Origin: an uncultured Alphaproteobacteria bacterium
Lineage (GTDB): Bacteria; Pseudomonadota; Alphaproteobacteria; CACIAM-22H2
Length of the DNA stretch: 64,000 nucleotides
Direction of reading: 5' to 3'
NCBI GenBank assembly: GCA_963748455.1
Contig: CAVVJD010000022.1
Location: 384,143-448,142 of the forward strand
The position numbers were made by a program, and so were the translations under genes. Shown in pieces: positions 38,241 through 47,677 of this stretch (position 1 is its first letter; each line of letters starts with the position of its first letter). The notes beneath the pieces were generated by a model, which saw only the letters and a program-made list of their open reading frames with translations, had not been told where the DNA came from and did not search any database.

Positions 38241-38972
38241 TCAGGACGGGCGCTTGGCGTGGCGCTTCCGGCGCCTGGAGACCGCGACGTTGAGGCTCTC
38301 GACCAGCACCGAGAAGGCCATGGCGAAATAGAGATAGCCCTTGGGGATCTCGAACTCGAAGCCTTCGGCCACCAGGGCCGTGCCGATCAGCAGGACGAAG
38401 GACAGCGCCAGCATCTTGACCGTCGGGTGGGCATGGATGAAGCGCACGATCGGCCCCGACGCGGCCAGCATCACCAGGACCGCGATCACCACCGCCGCAA
38501 CCATCACCCAGAACTCGCGCGCCATGCCGACGGCGGTGATCACGGAGTCGAATGAAAACACGAGATCGAGGATGACGATCTGGACGATGGCGTTGGCAAA
38601 ACTCGTCACCGGCCGGTGACCGGAATCGCCGCCGGCCTCCTCCACCGTCACATGAATTTCATGCACGGCCTTGTACATCAGGAACAGGCCACCGGCGAGC
38701 AGCAGCAGGTCGCGGCCGGAAAACGGGTGGCCGTAGATCGTGAAGATCGGATGGATCAGCCCGGCGATCCAGGAGATGGCGAACAGCAGCGCCAGGCGCA
38801 TCAGCAACGCAAGGCTCAGGCCGATATAACGCGCCTTCTCGCGCTGATGCGGCGGCAGATTGTTGGAGATGATCGCGAGGACGACGATATTGTCGATGCC
38901 GAGCACGATCTCAAGCATCGTCAGCGTGATCAACGCGATCCAGATTTGCGGATCGAACAGCCAATCCATCAT
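38241..38972 (-). CDS. TerC family integral membrane protein
   Basis: LEIVLGIDNIVVLAII and the second DLVFSFDSVITAVG motif are typical of TerC. Confidence 0.85.
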   Translation of the reverse strand: MMDWLFDPQIWIALITLTMLEIVLGIDNIVVLAIISNNLPPHQREKARYIGLSLALLMRLALLFAISWIAGLIHPIFTIYGHPFSGRDLLLLAGGLFLMYKAVHEIHVTVEEAGGDSGHRPVTSFANAIVQIVILDLVFSFDSVITAVGMAREFWVMVAAVVIAVLVMLAASGPIVRFIHAHPTVKMLALSFVLLIGTALVAEGFEFEIPKGYLYFAMAFSVLVESLNVAVSRRRKRHAKRPS

Positions 38973-39000
38973 GATCTCCGGCGGCCGATGGGCCGCGCGA

Positions 39001-39420
39001 TCACTTGACGAGCGTGACTGGAACTTCGGCGCGCTTGATGACGTCGGTCGCCACGGAACCGAGCAGCAACCCGCTCAACTTGCCCAGCCCGCGTGTGCCC
39101 ATGATGATCTTGTCGACCTTGTGACGCTGGGCGATTTCCGCGATGCATTCGCCGGGCGGGCCGACGGTGATATGGTTCTTGTAGGGGATCTTGGCCTCAT
39201 CGAGGAGTTTTTTGGCCGAGGTAAGGGCTTTTTCCGCTTCCTCGCGGTGGAAATCCTTGACCGTCTTGCTGCCGACAAACGTGCTTACGTCGCCGCCCAA
39301 CGGCGGCTGCACATTGAGGACGTGAAGCTCGTCGATGGCGCCATCCTGCGCCATTTTGATGGCGTGGCGCACGGCGCGCAGCGCATTCTCCGAACCGTCG
39401 ACCGGCACCAACGCTTTCAT
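39001..39420 (-). CDS. universal stress protein (UspA family)
   Basis: 139 aa. ...HKVDKIIMGTRGLGKLSGLLLGSVATDVIKRAEVPVTLVK is a typical Usp ATP-binding C terminus. Confidence 0.85.
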   Translation of the reverse strand: MKALVPVDGSENALRAVRHAIKMAQDGAIDELHVLNVQPPLGGDVSTFVGSKTVKDFHREEAEKALTSAKKLLDEAKIPYKNHITVGPPGECIAEIAQRHKVDKIIMGTRGLGKLSGLLLGSVATDVIKRAEVPVTLVK

Positions 39421-40145
39421 TTCTGCAGATCCTCGATCTCTCTATGCGCCGGCCGGCGCGCAAACAACTTGCCGATAACAACCACCGCCACGGCGCCGGC
39501 GATCGGTGCCACCCAATGCAAATAATGGGCGTTGGCGTCGACCCACTCTTCCCAGGCCGGATCGGTGACGATCACCTCGCCCGCAACCCAGCCGATCAAG
39601 GCGGCACCGGCGACGATGATGATCGGGAAGCGGCTGATCAGCTTCAGCATCAGCGTGGCACCATAGACCACCAGCGGAATGCTGATGAGGAGACCCAGGA
39701 TCAGCAGCGTGAACTTGCCGTTCTCACCGCTGGCCCCGGTATAGGCGTCGGCCGCAGCGGCGACGGCGATCACGTTGTCGAGGCTCATCACCGCATCGGC
39801 AATCAGCACCGTCCACACCGCGGACATCAGGTTGGAGGCCGCGTTGACGTCCTTGTCGCCTTCGTCTTCGGGCTGCATCAGCTTGTAGCCGATCCACAGC
39901 AGCAAGATTCCGCCGACGAATTTCAGATATGGGATTTCGAGCAGGATCACGATGAAGATCGTGAAGATGACGCGCAGCACCACGGCCGCACCGGCGCCGA
40001 AGATGATGCCAAGCTTCTGCTGGCGCGGCGGCAGCGAGCGGCAGGCGAGCGCGATGACGACGGCGTTGTCGCCCGACAGGATGATGTTGACGCCGATGAT
40101 CTTCAGCAGCGCGGACCAGAACACGGCTTCCATCAACATACTCAC
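39417..40145 (-). CDS. TerC/YjbE family integral membrane protein
   Basis: IILSGDNAVVIALACRSLP and the second DAVMSLDNVIAVAA motif. The stop overlaps the usp start. Confidence 0.8.
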   Translation of the reverse strand: MSMLMEAVFWSALLKIIGVNIILSGDNAVVIALACRSLPPRQQKLGIIFGAGAAVVLRVIFTIFIVILLEIPYLKFVGGILLLWIGYKLMQPEDEGDKDVNAASNLMSAVWTVLIADAVMSLDNVIAVAAAADAYTGASGENGKFTLLILGLLISIPLVVYGATLMLKLISRFPIIIVAGAALIGWVAGEVIVTDPAWEEWVDANAHYLHWVAPIAGAVAVVVIGKLFARRPAHREIEDLQK

Positions 40146-40157
40146 CGGCCTGGCCCC

Positions 40158-40526
40158 TCATTCGCTGGCATCATCAGCCTCCCCTGTCCCGTCGCCGCTG
40201 GCGGCGGAATTCTGCCCAATGGTCGCGGGCGTTGCCTGAGACCCCGCCGCGCGCGCCGGCGGGGGTGCGAGATCCTCGTACAATGTGCGCGCCTCCGGTG
40301 CCGGTCCGCGCCGCAGCCCGAGGGCCAAGATGCGGATGACCCGAATATGCGGTCCCAGCGGAAAGGTCAACACGTCTCCGGCCTTGACGGCGTGATGGGC
40401 CTTTTGGATGGGCCGCCCGCCCAAGCGTAGCTTGCCCTCGTTACAGGCATGTGCCGCGAGAGCCCGTGTCTTGAAAAATCGCGCGCACCACAACCACTTG
40501 TCCAGGCGCTGGGTGGCGCCGCTCAC
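40158..40526 (-). CDS. hslR: S4-domain RNA-binding heat-shock protein Hsp15
   Basis: QRLDKWLWCARFFKTRALAAHACNEGKLRLGG... is an S4 motif. The start overlaps the helicase stop. Confidence 0.8.
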   Translation of the reverse strand: MSGATQRLDKWLWCARFFKTRALAAHACNEGKLRLGGRPIQKAHHAVKAGDVLTFPLGPHIRVIRILALGLRRGPAPEARTLYEDLAPPPARAAGSQATPATIGQNSAASGDGTGEADDASE

Positions 40527-42997
40527 TGCGATTTCAGCTTGTGCAGGCTGGCGAAGGGCGAATGGGCGTCGGGCTCGGCCGCCTTGCGCGCCTTGCGCGC
40601 GGCCGGGCGCGGCACGAACACCATGCCCGGCATCGCCCGGTAGCCCAGCGCCGCCAGAACGCCGGCGAGATCGGCCGGGCCGGCGCCGACCGCCTTGCCA
40701 AGATCGTCGGTCGCCGCAAACGGGCCGCGTTTGGCCAGGCCGCGCAGGCGCGTGGCGAGGCCTTCCAGCCGGTCAGCGCGCACATAGAGCGGCCCTGCCT
40801 GCAGATAAGCGCAGGCCGCCATGAAATCCGCCGGCATCGCCGCGCCGTTCACGGGGAGCGAGCGACCCTGCGGCAGGTTGGCGCTGGCGATGGCCGGATC
40901 CTGGCCGCGCGCACAGGCCCAGAGCACGGCGCGTAGCGCCACCGATTCACGGCTGCGCAAGGCCGGTACATGCACCACCGCCTGGCCGATATGCACGCCG
41001 GCGGCGGTCAGGGCCTGGTGTTCGGGGCCGGTCAGGGCGGCGAGCTGCTCGGCCACCACCGGACGCGACGCGCTGCCGAGCTGACTCATCAACGCAAACG
41101 CAACGCCGCGCGCCGTTCCCGTCAGGGCCGCGTCGCGTAGTGTGAGCAGCGGAGCGAGCGTGCGCGCGATATAGGCGTCGAGCCAATCCTGCAGCCGCCG
41201 CCGAATCTCGTCGCGATGGCGCGGCTCGAGCAGGTCGGCGGGGAGGATCTCGACGCGCGGCGTGAGCGGGGTGTCGCCGGGTACCAGGCGCGCCACCGGA
41301 AATTCCTGCCAGCGCACGAGGCCGCGCGCATCGAGCGTGAACGCCTCGTCGGGGGCTGTCACAAACCGCCGCACCCGATCGCCGATGTCGCGGCGCAACG
41401 CCTTGTTGGCGGCGGCGAGCAACGTGCGGGCACCGTCGCGCGCACCGGCATCCTCGGCGAAATTGAAGCCTTCGAGCTTGCCGGCGAACTGGCCTTCAAC
41501 GAGCACGTCGCCGCTTTGCGTCACGGCGGCGAGCAGCTCGTCGCCGTCCCTCAGGCGGCGGCCCAAGGCGGCGGCGCGGCGGTCGACGAAGCGCTGGGTC
41601 AGGCGCTCGTGCAGCGCGTCGGAGAGCTTGTCCTCGATCGCGCGCGTGCGCTCCTGCCAATGCGCGGAATCAGCAAGCCAGGCGCCGCGATGGGAGACAT
41701 AGGTCCAGGTGCGGATATGCGCGATGCGCGACAGCAGCGCATCGATGTCGCCTTCGGTGCGGTCGAGGCGCGCCACCTGGTTGGCGACCCAATCCTCCGG
41801 CAGCTTGTGCGGCACCGCGCGTAAGAAGCGGAAGATGCGGCCGACCAGGCGCGCGTGCGAATCCGCGAGCGTCTTGCGGAAATCAGGGATCTGGCAGCAT
41901 TCCCACAACAGGCGCGCGGCGGCACTGCCGCGCGCGAGCTCCATCGCGTCGGCATCGCGGGTGAGGGCGGCCAGCGTCATATGATCGTCCGCTTCGCGCA
42001 TGCGGATGAGCTCGGGCACGGTCGAGCGGCGATCGAGGCTGCGCAGCAGCGCCTCGGGCGAGGCAAAATCCAGATCGCCGTTGCGCCAGTACACATGTTT
42101 CAGCGCCGGGAAGCGGTGATTCTCGATCGCGTCGATCGTGGCGGGATCGAGCGGGCCGATCTCCTGGATCGTGCCGAACGTGCCATCGGCCATGTGACGG
42201 CCGGCGCGCCCGGCGATCTGGCCGAGCTCGGCGGGTGTCAGATGGCGCGGGGCGCGGCCGTCGAACTTGCTGAGCTGGGCGAAGGCGACATGGTCGATAT
42301 CCATGTTGAGGCCCATGCCGATCGCGTCGGTCGCGACCAGGTAGTCGACCTCGCCGGCCTGATACATCTGCACCTGCGCATTGCGAGTTCGGGGCGAGAG
42401 GGCGCCGAATACGACAGCAGCACCCCCGCGCTGGCGGCGCACCAGCTCGGCGATGCCATAGACCTCGGCGGCCGAGAAGGCGACGACCGCGGAGCGGCGC
42501 GGCAGGCGCGTGATCTTGCGCGGGCCGACATAGGAGAGCGTGGAGAAGCGCGGGCGGGCGACGAACTCCGCCTCCGGCACCAGCTTGCGGATGATCGGCT
42601 TGGCGGTCTCGGCACCCAGAAACATGGTTTCGGAAATGCCACGCGCATGCAGCAGCCGGCTGGTGAAGACATGGCCGCGCTCACGATCGGCGGCCATCTG
42701 GATCTCGTCGATGGCCAGGAACTCGACCTGGCGGTCGAGCGGCATCGCCTCCACCGTGCAGATGAACCAGCGCGGGAACGGCGGCACAATGCGTTCCTCG
42801 CCCGTGATCAAGGCGACGTTTGCCTTGCCCTTCAATCGGACGATCTTGTCGTAATTTTCGCGCGCCAGCAGGCGCAGCGGGAAGCCGATCATGCCGGAGC
42901 GGTGACCGAGCAGCCGCTCGATGGCCAAGTGCGTCTTGCCCGTATTGGTCGGGCCGAGCACCGCAACGATCCGGGAAGACGTCGAATCCGGTCGCAT
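40523..42997 (-). CDS. SUV3-like ATP-dependent helicase
   Basis: Walker A GPTNTGKTH. DEIQ box (LAIDEIQM). Helicase C motifs (ATDAIGMGLN, GRAGR). Long C-terminal extension. ATG 42997 with AGAGGA SD. Confidence 0.85.
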   Translation of the reverse strand: MRPDSTSSRIVAVLGPTNTGKTHLAIERLLGHRSGMIGFPLRLLARENYDKIVRLKGKANVALITGEERIVPPFPRWFICTVEAMPLDRQVEFLAIDEIQMAADRERGHVFTSRLLHARGISETMFLGAETAKPIIRKLVPEAEFVARPRFSTLSYVGPRKITRLPRRSAVVAFSAAEVYGIAELVRRQRGGAAVVFGALSPRTRNAQVQMYQAGEVDYLVATDAIGMGLNMDIDHVAFAQLSKFDGRAPRHLTPAELGQIAGRAGRHMADGTFGTIQEIGPLDPATIDAIENHRFPALKHVYWRNGDLDFASPEALLRSLDRRSTVPELIRMREADDHMTLAALTRDADAMELARGSAAARLLWECCQIPDFRKTLADSHARLVGRIFRFLRAVPHKLPEDWVANQVARLDRTEGDIDALLSRIAHIRTWTYVSHRGAWLADSAHWQERTRAIEDKLSDALHERLTQRFVDRRAAALGRRLRDGDELLAAVTQSGDVLVEGQFAGKLEGFNFAEDAGARDGARTLLAAANKALRRDIGDRVRRFVTAPDEAFTLDARGLVRWQEFPVARLVPGDTPLTPRVEILPADLLEPRHRDEIRRRLQDWLDAYIARTLAPLLTLRDAALTGTARGVAFALMSQLGSASRPVVAEQLAALTGPEHQALTAAGVHIGQAVVHVPALRSRESVALRAVLWACARGQDPAIASANLPQGRSLPVNGAAMPADFMAACAYLQAGPLYVRADRLEGLATRLRGLAKRGPFAATDDLGKAVGAGPADLAGVLAALGYRAMPGMVFVPRPAARKARKAAEPDAHSPFASLHKLKSQ

Positions 42998-43150
42998 CGT
43001 CCTCTATAGATCGGCCGATTCCCTGGCCGATGCAAGACTTGCCTTGGGACATCCTGGCGCATTTCCGGCATTGTGGAAATCGCGGGTCCGCCAACATCTT
43101 AACCGCCGACGCGGCCCGGCGTCGGGCGTTGCGCGGCGCACGCAAAATCC

Positions 43151-43183
43151 CCCTTGCTGCCGGCGTGCCAATACCCCACATAG
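43151..43183 (+). promoter_or_regulatory. putative sigma-32 (RpoH) heat-shock promoter of htpG
   Basis: CCCTTGCT - 15 nt - CCCCACATA. From memory, the E. coli sigma-32 consensus is CCCTTGAA-N13-15-CCCCATNTA. The -10 element ends about 40 nt upstream of the htpG ATG. Confidence 0.4.
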
Positions 43184-43220
43184 TCGGCCAAATCGAACGG
43201 CTTAGAGGCAAGAGCGTCCC

Positions 43221-45143
43221 ATGACCGAGACCAAAACCGCCGCCCCCGAAACCCGTCATTTCCAGGCTGAAGTCAGCCGGCTTCTCGATATTGTCGCCCA
43301 TTCGCTCTACAGCGACCGGCGGATCTTTCTGCGCGAGCTGATCTCCAACGCCGCCGATGCCTGCGACCGGCTGCGCTACGAGGCGATCGCCAAGCCGGCG
43401 CTGATCGCCGGCGACCCCGAGCTCAAGGTGAGCATCGCCATCGACAAGGCAAACCGCGTCATCACCATCGCCGACAACGGCATCGGCATGAGCCATGACG
43501 ATCTGGTGGAGAATCTCGGCACGATCGCGCGCTCGGGCACGGCCAAGTTCATGCAGACGCTGTCGGGCGATGCCAAGAAGGACGTGTCGCTGATCGGGCA
43601 GTTCGGCGTCGGCTTCTACTCCGCCTACATGGTCGCCGATCGCGTCGATGTCGTGTCGCGCAAGGCCGGCGAGGATGCGGCGTGGCAATGGTCGTCGGAC
43701 GGACGTGGCGCCTACACGGTGACGCCGGCGGAGCGCGCGGGCCGCGGCACGACGGTCCTCTTGCATATGCGCGAGGACGCGGCCGAGTTCCTGGAGCCGA
43801 TGCGCTTGCGCGCGATCGTGGCGCAGTATTCCGATCACATCGCGCTGCCGATCGTGCTCAAGGGCGAGAAGGACGAGACGATCAACCGCGCGTCGGCGCT
43901 GTGGATGCGCTCGAAATCCGAGGTCACGGCCGAGCAGCACAAGGAATTTTACGGCCACGTCGCGCATGCGATGGACGAGCCGTGGCTGACCTTGCACTGG
44001 CGCGCCGAAGGAAAGATCGAGTATTCGAGCCTGCTCTACATCCCCACGACGCGGCCCTTCGATCTGTTCGAGCCGGAGCGCCGGCATGGCGTGCGCCTCT
44101 ATGTGCGCCGCGTGTTCATCACCGATAAATGCGACGATCTGGTGCCGCGCTATCTGCGCTTCCTGCGCGGCGTTGTCGATTCCGAGGATCTGCCGCTCAA
44201 TATCAGCCGCGAGATGCTGCAGAACAATCCGGTGCTGGGCCTGATCCGCACCGGCCTCACCAATCGCGTCCTCTCGGAGCTCGAAAAGAAGGCCAAGGAT
44301 TCCGCCGAGGACTACGCGAAATTCTGGGAGGTGTTCGGCGCGGTCCTGAAGGAAGGCCTGTACGAGGACCGCGAGCGGCGCGACACGCTGCTGGGCCTGG
44401 CGCGGTTCCGCACCACGACGACCGAAGGCTGGTCGTCGCTGGCCGACATCGTCGCGCGCATGAAGCCCGGTCAGGACTCAATTTTCTACATCGCCGGCGA
44501 CGATTCCGCTTCGCTCAACGCGAGCCCGCAGCTCGAAGGGTTCCGCAAGCGCGGTGTTGAAGTCCTGCTGCTCACGGATCCGGTCGACGAGTTCTGGGTG
44601 AATTCCGTCGGCGCTTTCCAGGACAAGAAATTCAAATCGGTCACGCGCGGCGGCGCCGATCTCTCGAAGATCGCGGCCGAGGAGAAGAAGGACGACGATA
44701 CGCCCAAGCCAGAAACGCCGGGCGGCGACATCGGTGCGCTGGTGGCGCTGTTCAAGGTGGCGCTGCAGGACGACGTCAAGGACGTGCGCGTGTCCGAGCG
44801 GCTGACCGACAGCCCGGTGTGCCTGGTCGCCGACGAGAACGACCTCGACATGCATCTCGAGCGCATCTTGCGTCAGCACAAGCAGCTCGACCAATCGGCC
44901 AAGCGCATCCTGGAGATCAACCCCGACCACGCCCTGATCCGCGCACTCGCCAGCACGCTGCCCAAGAGCGACGGCGGGGCGCGCCTCAAGGACGTCGCCG
45001 AGCTGCTGCTCGACCAGGCCCGGATCGTCAATGGGGAGGGGGTGGACGATGCCGCCGCCTTCGCCCGCCGCCTTTCGGGCATACTCGTCCGCGCCGATCG
45101 GCCCCTAGAGGGCGCCGGCACGTTGATTTTACTTGCTATTTGA
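43221..45143 (+). CDS. htpG: molecular chaperone HtpG (Hsp90)
   Basis: FQAEVSRLLDIVAHSLYSDRRIFLRELISNAADA...GQFGVGFYSAYMVADRV are hallmark motifs. 640 aa. Confidence 0.95.
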   Translation: MTETKTAAPETRHFQAEVSRLLDIVAHSLYSDRRIFLRELISNAADACDRLRYEAIAKPALIAGDPELKVSIAIDKANRVITIADNGIGMSHDDLVENLGTIARSGTAKFMQTLSGDAKKDVSLIGQFGVGFYSAYMVADRVDVVSRKAGEDAAWQWSSDGRGAYTVTPAERAGRGTTVLLHMREDAAEFLEPMRLRAIVAQYSDHIALPIVLKGEKDETINRASALWMRSKSEVTAEQHKEFYGHVAHAMDEPWLTLHWRAEGKIEYSSLLYIPTTRPFDLFEPERRHGVRLYVRRVFITDKCDDLVPRYLRFLRGVVDSEDLPLNISREMLQNNPVLGLIRTGLTNRVLSELEKKAKDSAEDYAKFWEVFGAVLKEGLYEDRERRDTLLGLARFRTTTTEGWSSLADIVARMKPGQDSIFYIAGDDSASLNASPQLEGFRKRGVEVLLLTDPVDEFWVNSVGAFQDKKFKSVTRGGADLSKIAAEEKKDDDTPKPETPGGDIGALVALFKVALQDDVKDVRVSERLTDSPVCLVADENDLDMHLERILRQHKQLDQSAKRILEINPDHALIRALASTLPKSDGGARLKDVAELLLDQARIVNGEGVDDAAAFARRLSGILVRADRPLEGAGTLILLAI

Positions 45144-45196
45144 CGGGCGAGGGTGGATGAGGGTCAGACAATAGTTTGGTCCTCTCCCCGGCCTCC

Positions 45197-45697
45197 ATGA
45201 CTTCCAAGAACGCGCCCCACGGCGAGTCGTTCAAAACCTGGCAACAGCGGGTGCGCGGCACCAATATTTCCGAAACGACGCTGCTTGCGACTGACTATTT
45301 GAATCACTTCAACGAAATCATCATGTCGCTGGGCATGGTGCCGGACATGCCGGAAATTCTCGACGATTGCCGCGCCTGGCGCCCCAAAGGCTATCAGGAT
45401 CATTTCCGCGACAGCTCGGTCGCCGACCGCGAGCTGGCGGTCGCGGCCTACGATCATGTGCCCGCGCAGTTTCGCGACCCGTTCGAGCGCACGATCGCGC
45501 GCATGGACCGGCTGGTCAGCGAGGTCATCGAGACGCTGGACGACGCGGTCGCCGAAGGCAATGCGGCCCTGATCCAGGTGAAGGCGCAGGCCGGGGTGCA
45601 GGCGCTGCAGCGGCTGCTGGACATGGCATCGGCCATCATCCACGGCTCGGTCGGCGCGCTGACGCAGGAGCAGATCGACAAGGTGGTGCGGGGCTAA
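45197..45697 (+). CDS. conserved hypothetical protein
   Basis: ORF 45176..45697 trimmed to ATG 45197. Helical sequence; I recognise no domain. Confidence 0.5.
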   Translation: MTSKNAPHGESFKTWQQRVRGTNISETTLLATDYLNHFNEIIMSLGMVPDMPEILDDCRAWRPKGYQDHFRDSSVADRELAVAAYDHVPAQFRDPFERTIARMDRLVSEVIETLDDAVAEGNAALIQVKAQAGVQALQRLLDMASAIIHGSVGALTQEQIDKVVRG

Positions 45698-45728
45698 AGT
45701 ATCGCGACAGAGCGGGGGGTATGGCGGC

Positions 45729-46802
45729 ATGGCGCGGGTCATCGTTTTGGGTGCGGGCAGCGTCGGCGCCACCATCGCCGCGATGCTGACGGAGAGCGGC
45801 GACTACGAAGTCACCGCCGCCGACCGCAATGCCGAGTTCCTCAAGGCCATCAGCGATCCGCGCATCGCCAAAATGCAGATCGATGTCAGCAACGCGCAGG
45901 CGGTGGCGAAGGCGGTTGACGGCCACGCGATTGTCGCCAGCGCCCTGCCCTATTTCCTCAATCGCAGCGTCGCCCAGGCGGCGCGCGCGGCGGGTGCGCA
46001 TTACTTCGACCTGACCGAAGACGTCGAGACGACGAACGAAGTCCGCATCCTCGCCGAGGGCGCTTCGACCGCGCTCGTGCCGCAATGCGGACTCGCGCCC
46101 GGCTTCATCGGCATCACCGCATTTGCGATGATCCAGCGCTTCGAGCGCGTGCGCGATGCGCGCATGCGCGTCGGGGCGCTGCCGCGCTTCCCCGACAACC
46201 GGCTCAAATACAATCTCACCTGGTCGACCGACGGGCTGATCAACGAATACTGCAACCCCTGCGAAGTCTTGCATGAAGGCAAGCGCACCGCCGTGATGGC
46301 GCTCGACGGGCTTGAGCATTTTTCCTTCGACGGCAACGATTACGAGGCGTTCCACACTTCCGGCGGGCTCGGCACGCTGTGCGAGACGCTCGAAGGCCAG
46401 ATGGACACGCTCAGCTACAAGACCGTGCGTTACCCCGGCCATTGCGAGATCATGAAGCTGCTGCTGGAAGACCTGCGGCTGAGCAAGCGGCGCGAGCTGC
46501 TGCGCGACGTGATGGAATCGGCGATTCCCATCACGACGCAGGACGTGGTGCTGATCTTCGTGACGGTGTCCGGCTGGCGCCATGGACGGCTGACGCAAGA
46601 CACATTCGCCAAGAAAATCTATGGCAGCGCCGAGCCGGGCGGGCGCAGCGCCATCCAGACCACCACCGCCGCCGGGCTGTGCACGATGATCGACCTGGTG
46701 ATGACGGGAAAGCTGCCAACGCGCGGCTTCGTGCGGCAAGAGCAGGCGAAGCTCGAGGATTTCCTCGCGAACCGCTTCGGGCGGGTTTATGCGCAGGAGT
46801 AG
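45729..46802 (+). CDS. saccharopine dehydrogenase family NAD(P)-binding protein
   Basis: N-terminal Rossmann motif [14 protein letters not shown]. Overall similarity to saccharopine/L-lysine dehydrogenase-like proteins. Confidence 0.75.
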   Translation: MARVIVLGAGSVGATIAAMLTESGDYEVTAADRNAEFLKAISDPRIAKMQIDVSNAQAVAKAVDGHAIVASALPYFLNRSVAQAARAAGAHYFDLTEDVETTNEVRILAEGASTALVPQCGLAPGFIGITAFAMIQRFERVRDARMRVGALPRFPDNRLKYNLTWSTDGLINEYCNPCEVLHEGKRTAVMALDGLEHFSFDGNDYEAFHTSGGLGTLCETLEGQMDTLSYKTVRYPGHCEIMKLLLEDLRLSKRRELLRDVMESAIPITTQDVVLIFVTVSGWRHGRLTQDTFAKKIYGSAEPGGRSAIQTTTAAGLCTMIDLVMTGKLPTRGFVRQEQAKLEDFLANRFGRVYAQE

Positions 46803-46823
46803 TTGACACACGCGATCGTAAGT

Positions 46824-46986
46824 CCCTCTCCGCCCGCGAAGCGGGGGGAGAGGGATTTAGGGTGAGGTGGGTGCTGCGGCGAGAGAGCTGTCGGAGATCG
46901 CTTGCGCGGCGCCGCCACCTCACCCTCCCGCCTTCGCTTCGCTACGGCGGGCCCCTCCCTCTCCCCCGCTTCGCGGCGGAGAGGGG
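46824..46986. repeat. palindromic hairpin-rich intergenic element (copy B)
   Basis: Left hairpin ccctctccgcccgcgaagcggggggagaggg (46824..46854). GGGTGAGGTGG (46860..46870) pairs with CCACCTCACCC (46915..46925). Right hairpin ccctctcccccgcttcgcggcggagaggg (46957..46985). Confidence 0.85.
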
Positions 46987-47044
46987 AATAGCCGCGCTGC
47001 CGCTCTCCTTGCGCCGCCCGCCCGGTTTGCGCGAAGGTGACGGG

Positions 47045-47677
47045 ATGCGCGTGTGGGATATCAGCCCGCCGATCCGTGCCGGGATTCCGGTGTGGCCCGG
47101 CGACACCGAGTACAGCGAACAGCGGACCTGGGCGATGGGACCGGGCGTGCCGGTCAATGTCTCGAAATTCACCATGTCGACTCACACGGGCGCGCATGCC
47201 GACGCGCCCTTTCACTACGATGCCAGCGGGGCGCGCATGGGCGGGGTCGACGTGAAGCGCTATCTGGGACGCGCGCGCGTCGTCGATGCCATCGGCGCCA
47301 CGCCGCTGGTCGAGCCGCACCATGTCGAGCGGCATCTCGAGACCGGCGTCGAGCGATTGATCGTGCGCACCTACGCCAAGGCGCCTCTCGATACCTGGGA
47401 TGAGTCGTTCACTGCCGTGGCGCCGGCGACGATCGAGCTGCTGGCAAGGCGCGGCGTGTTTCTCATCGGCATCGACACGCCCTCGCTCGATCCGCAGAAT
47501 TCCAAGACCATGGATGCGCATCACGCGGTGCGCCGGCATGGGCTGTCGATCCTGGAGGGGCTGGTGTTGGACGATATTGCGCCGGGCGATTACGAGCTGA
47601 TCGCGCTGCCGCTGAAGCTCGCCGATCTCGACGCGGCACCCGTGCGCGCGGTCTTGCGGGAGTTGACGACGCCATGA
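47045..47677 (+). CDS. kynB: kynurenine formamidase (arylformamidase)
   Basis: VWPGD...[15 protein letters not shown]...[10 protein letters not shown] cyclase-family motifs. ATG 47045 lies just after the repeat element. Confidence 0.85.
   Translation: MRVWDISPPIRAGIPVWPGDTEYSEQRTWAMGPGVPVNVSKFTMSTHTGAHADAPFHYDASGARMGGVDVKRYLGRARVVDAIGATPLVEPHHVERHLETGVERLIVRTYAKAPLDTWDESFTAVAPATIELLARRGVFLIGIDTPSLDPQNSKTMDAHHAVRRHGLSILEGLVLDDIAPGDYELIALPLKLADLDAAPVRAVLRELTTP

Noticed and set aside
41855-44087. 384-aa (+) and 468-aa (-) ORFs overlapping the helicase, the intergenic region and htpG
   Set aside because: They are antisense to strongly supported genes and cross a divergent promoter region. No domains are recognisable.
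46379-47044. 5' extension of the ORF containing kynB (432 aa in the track)
   Set aside because: The extension overlaps the saccharopine dehydrogenase gene out of frame and crosses the repeat element. The kynB family sequence begins at ATG 47045.
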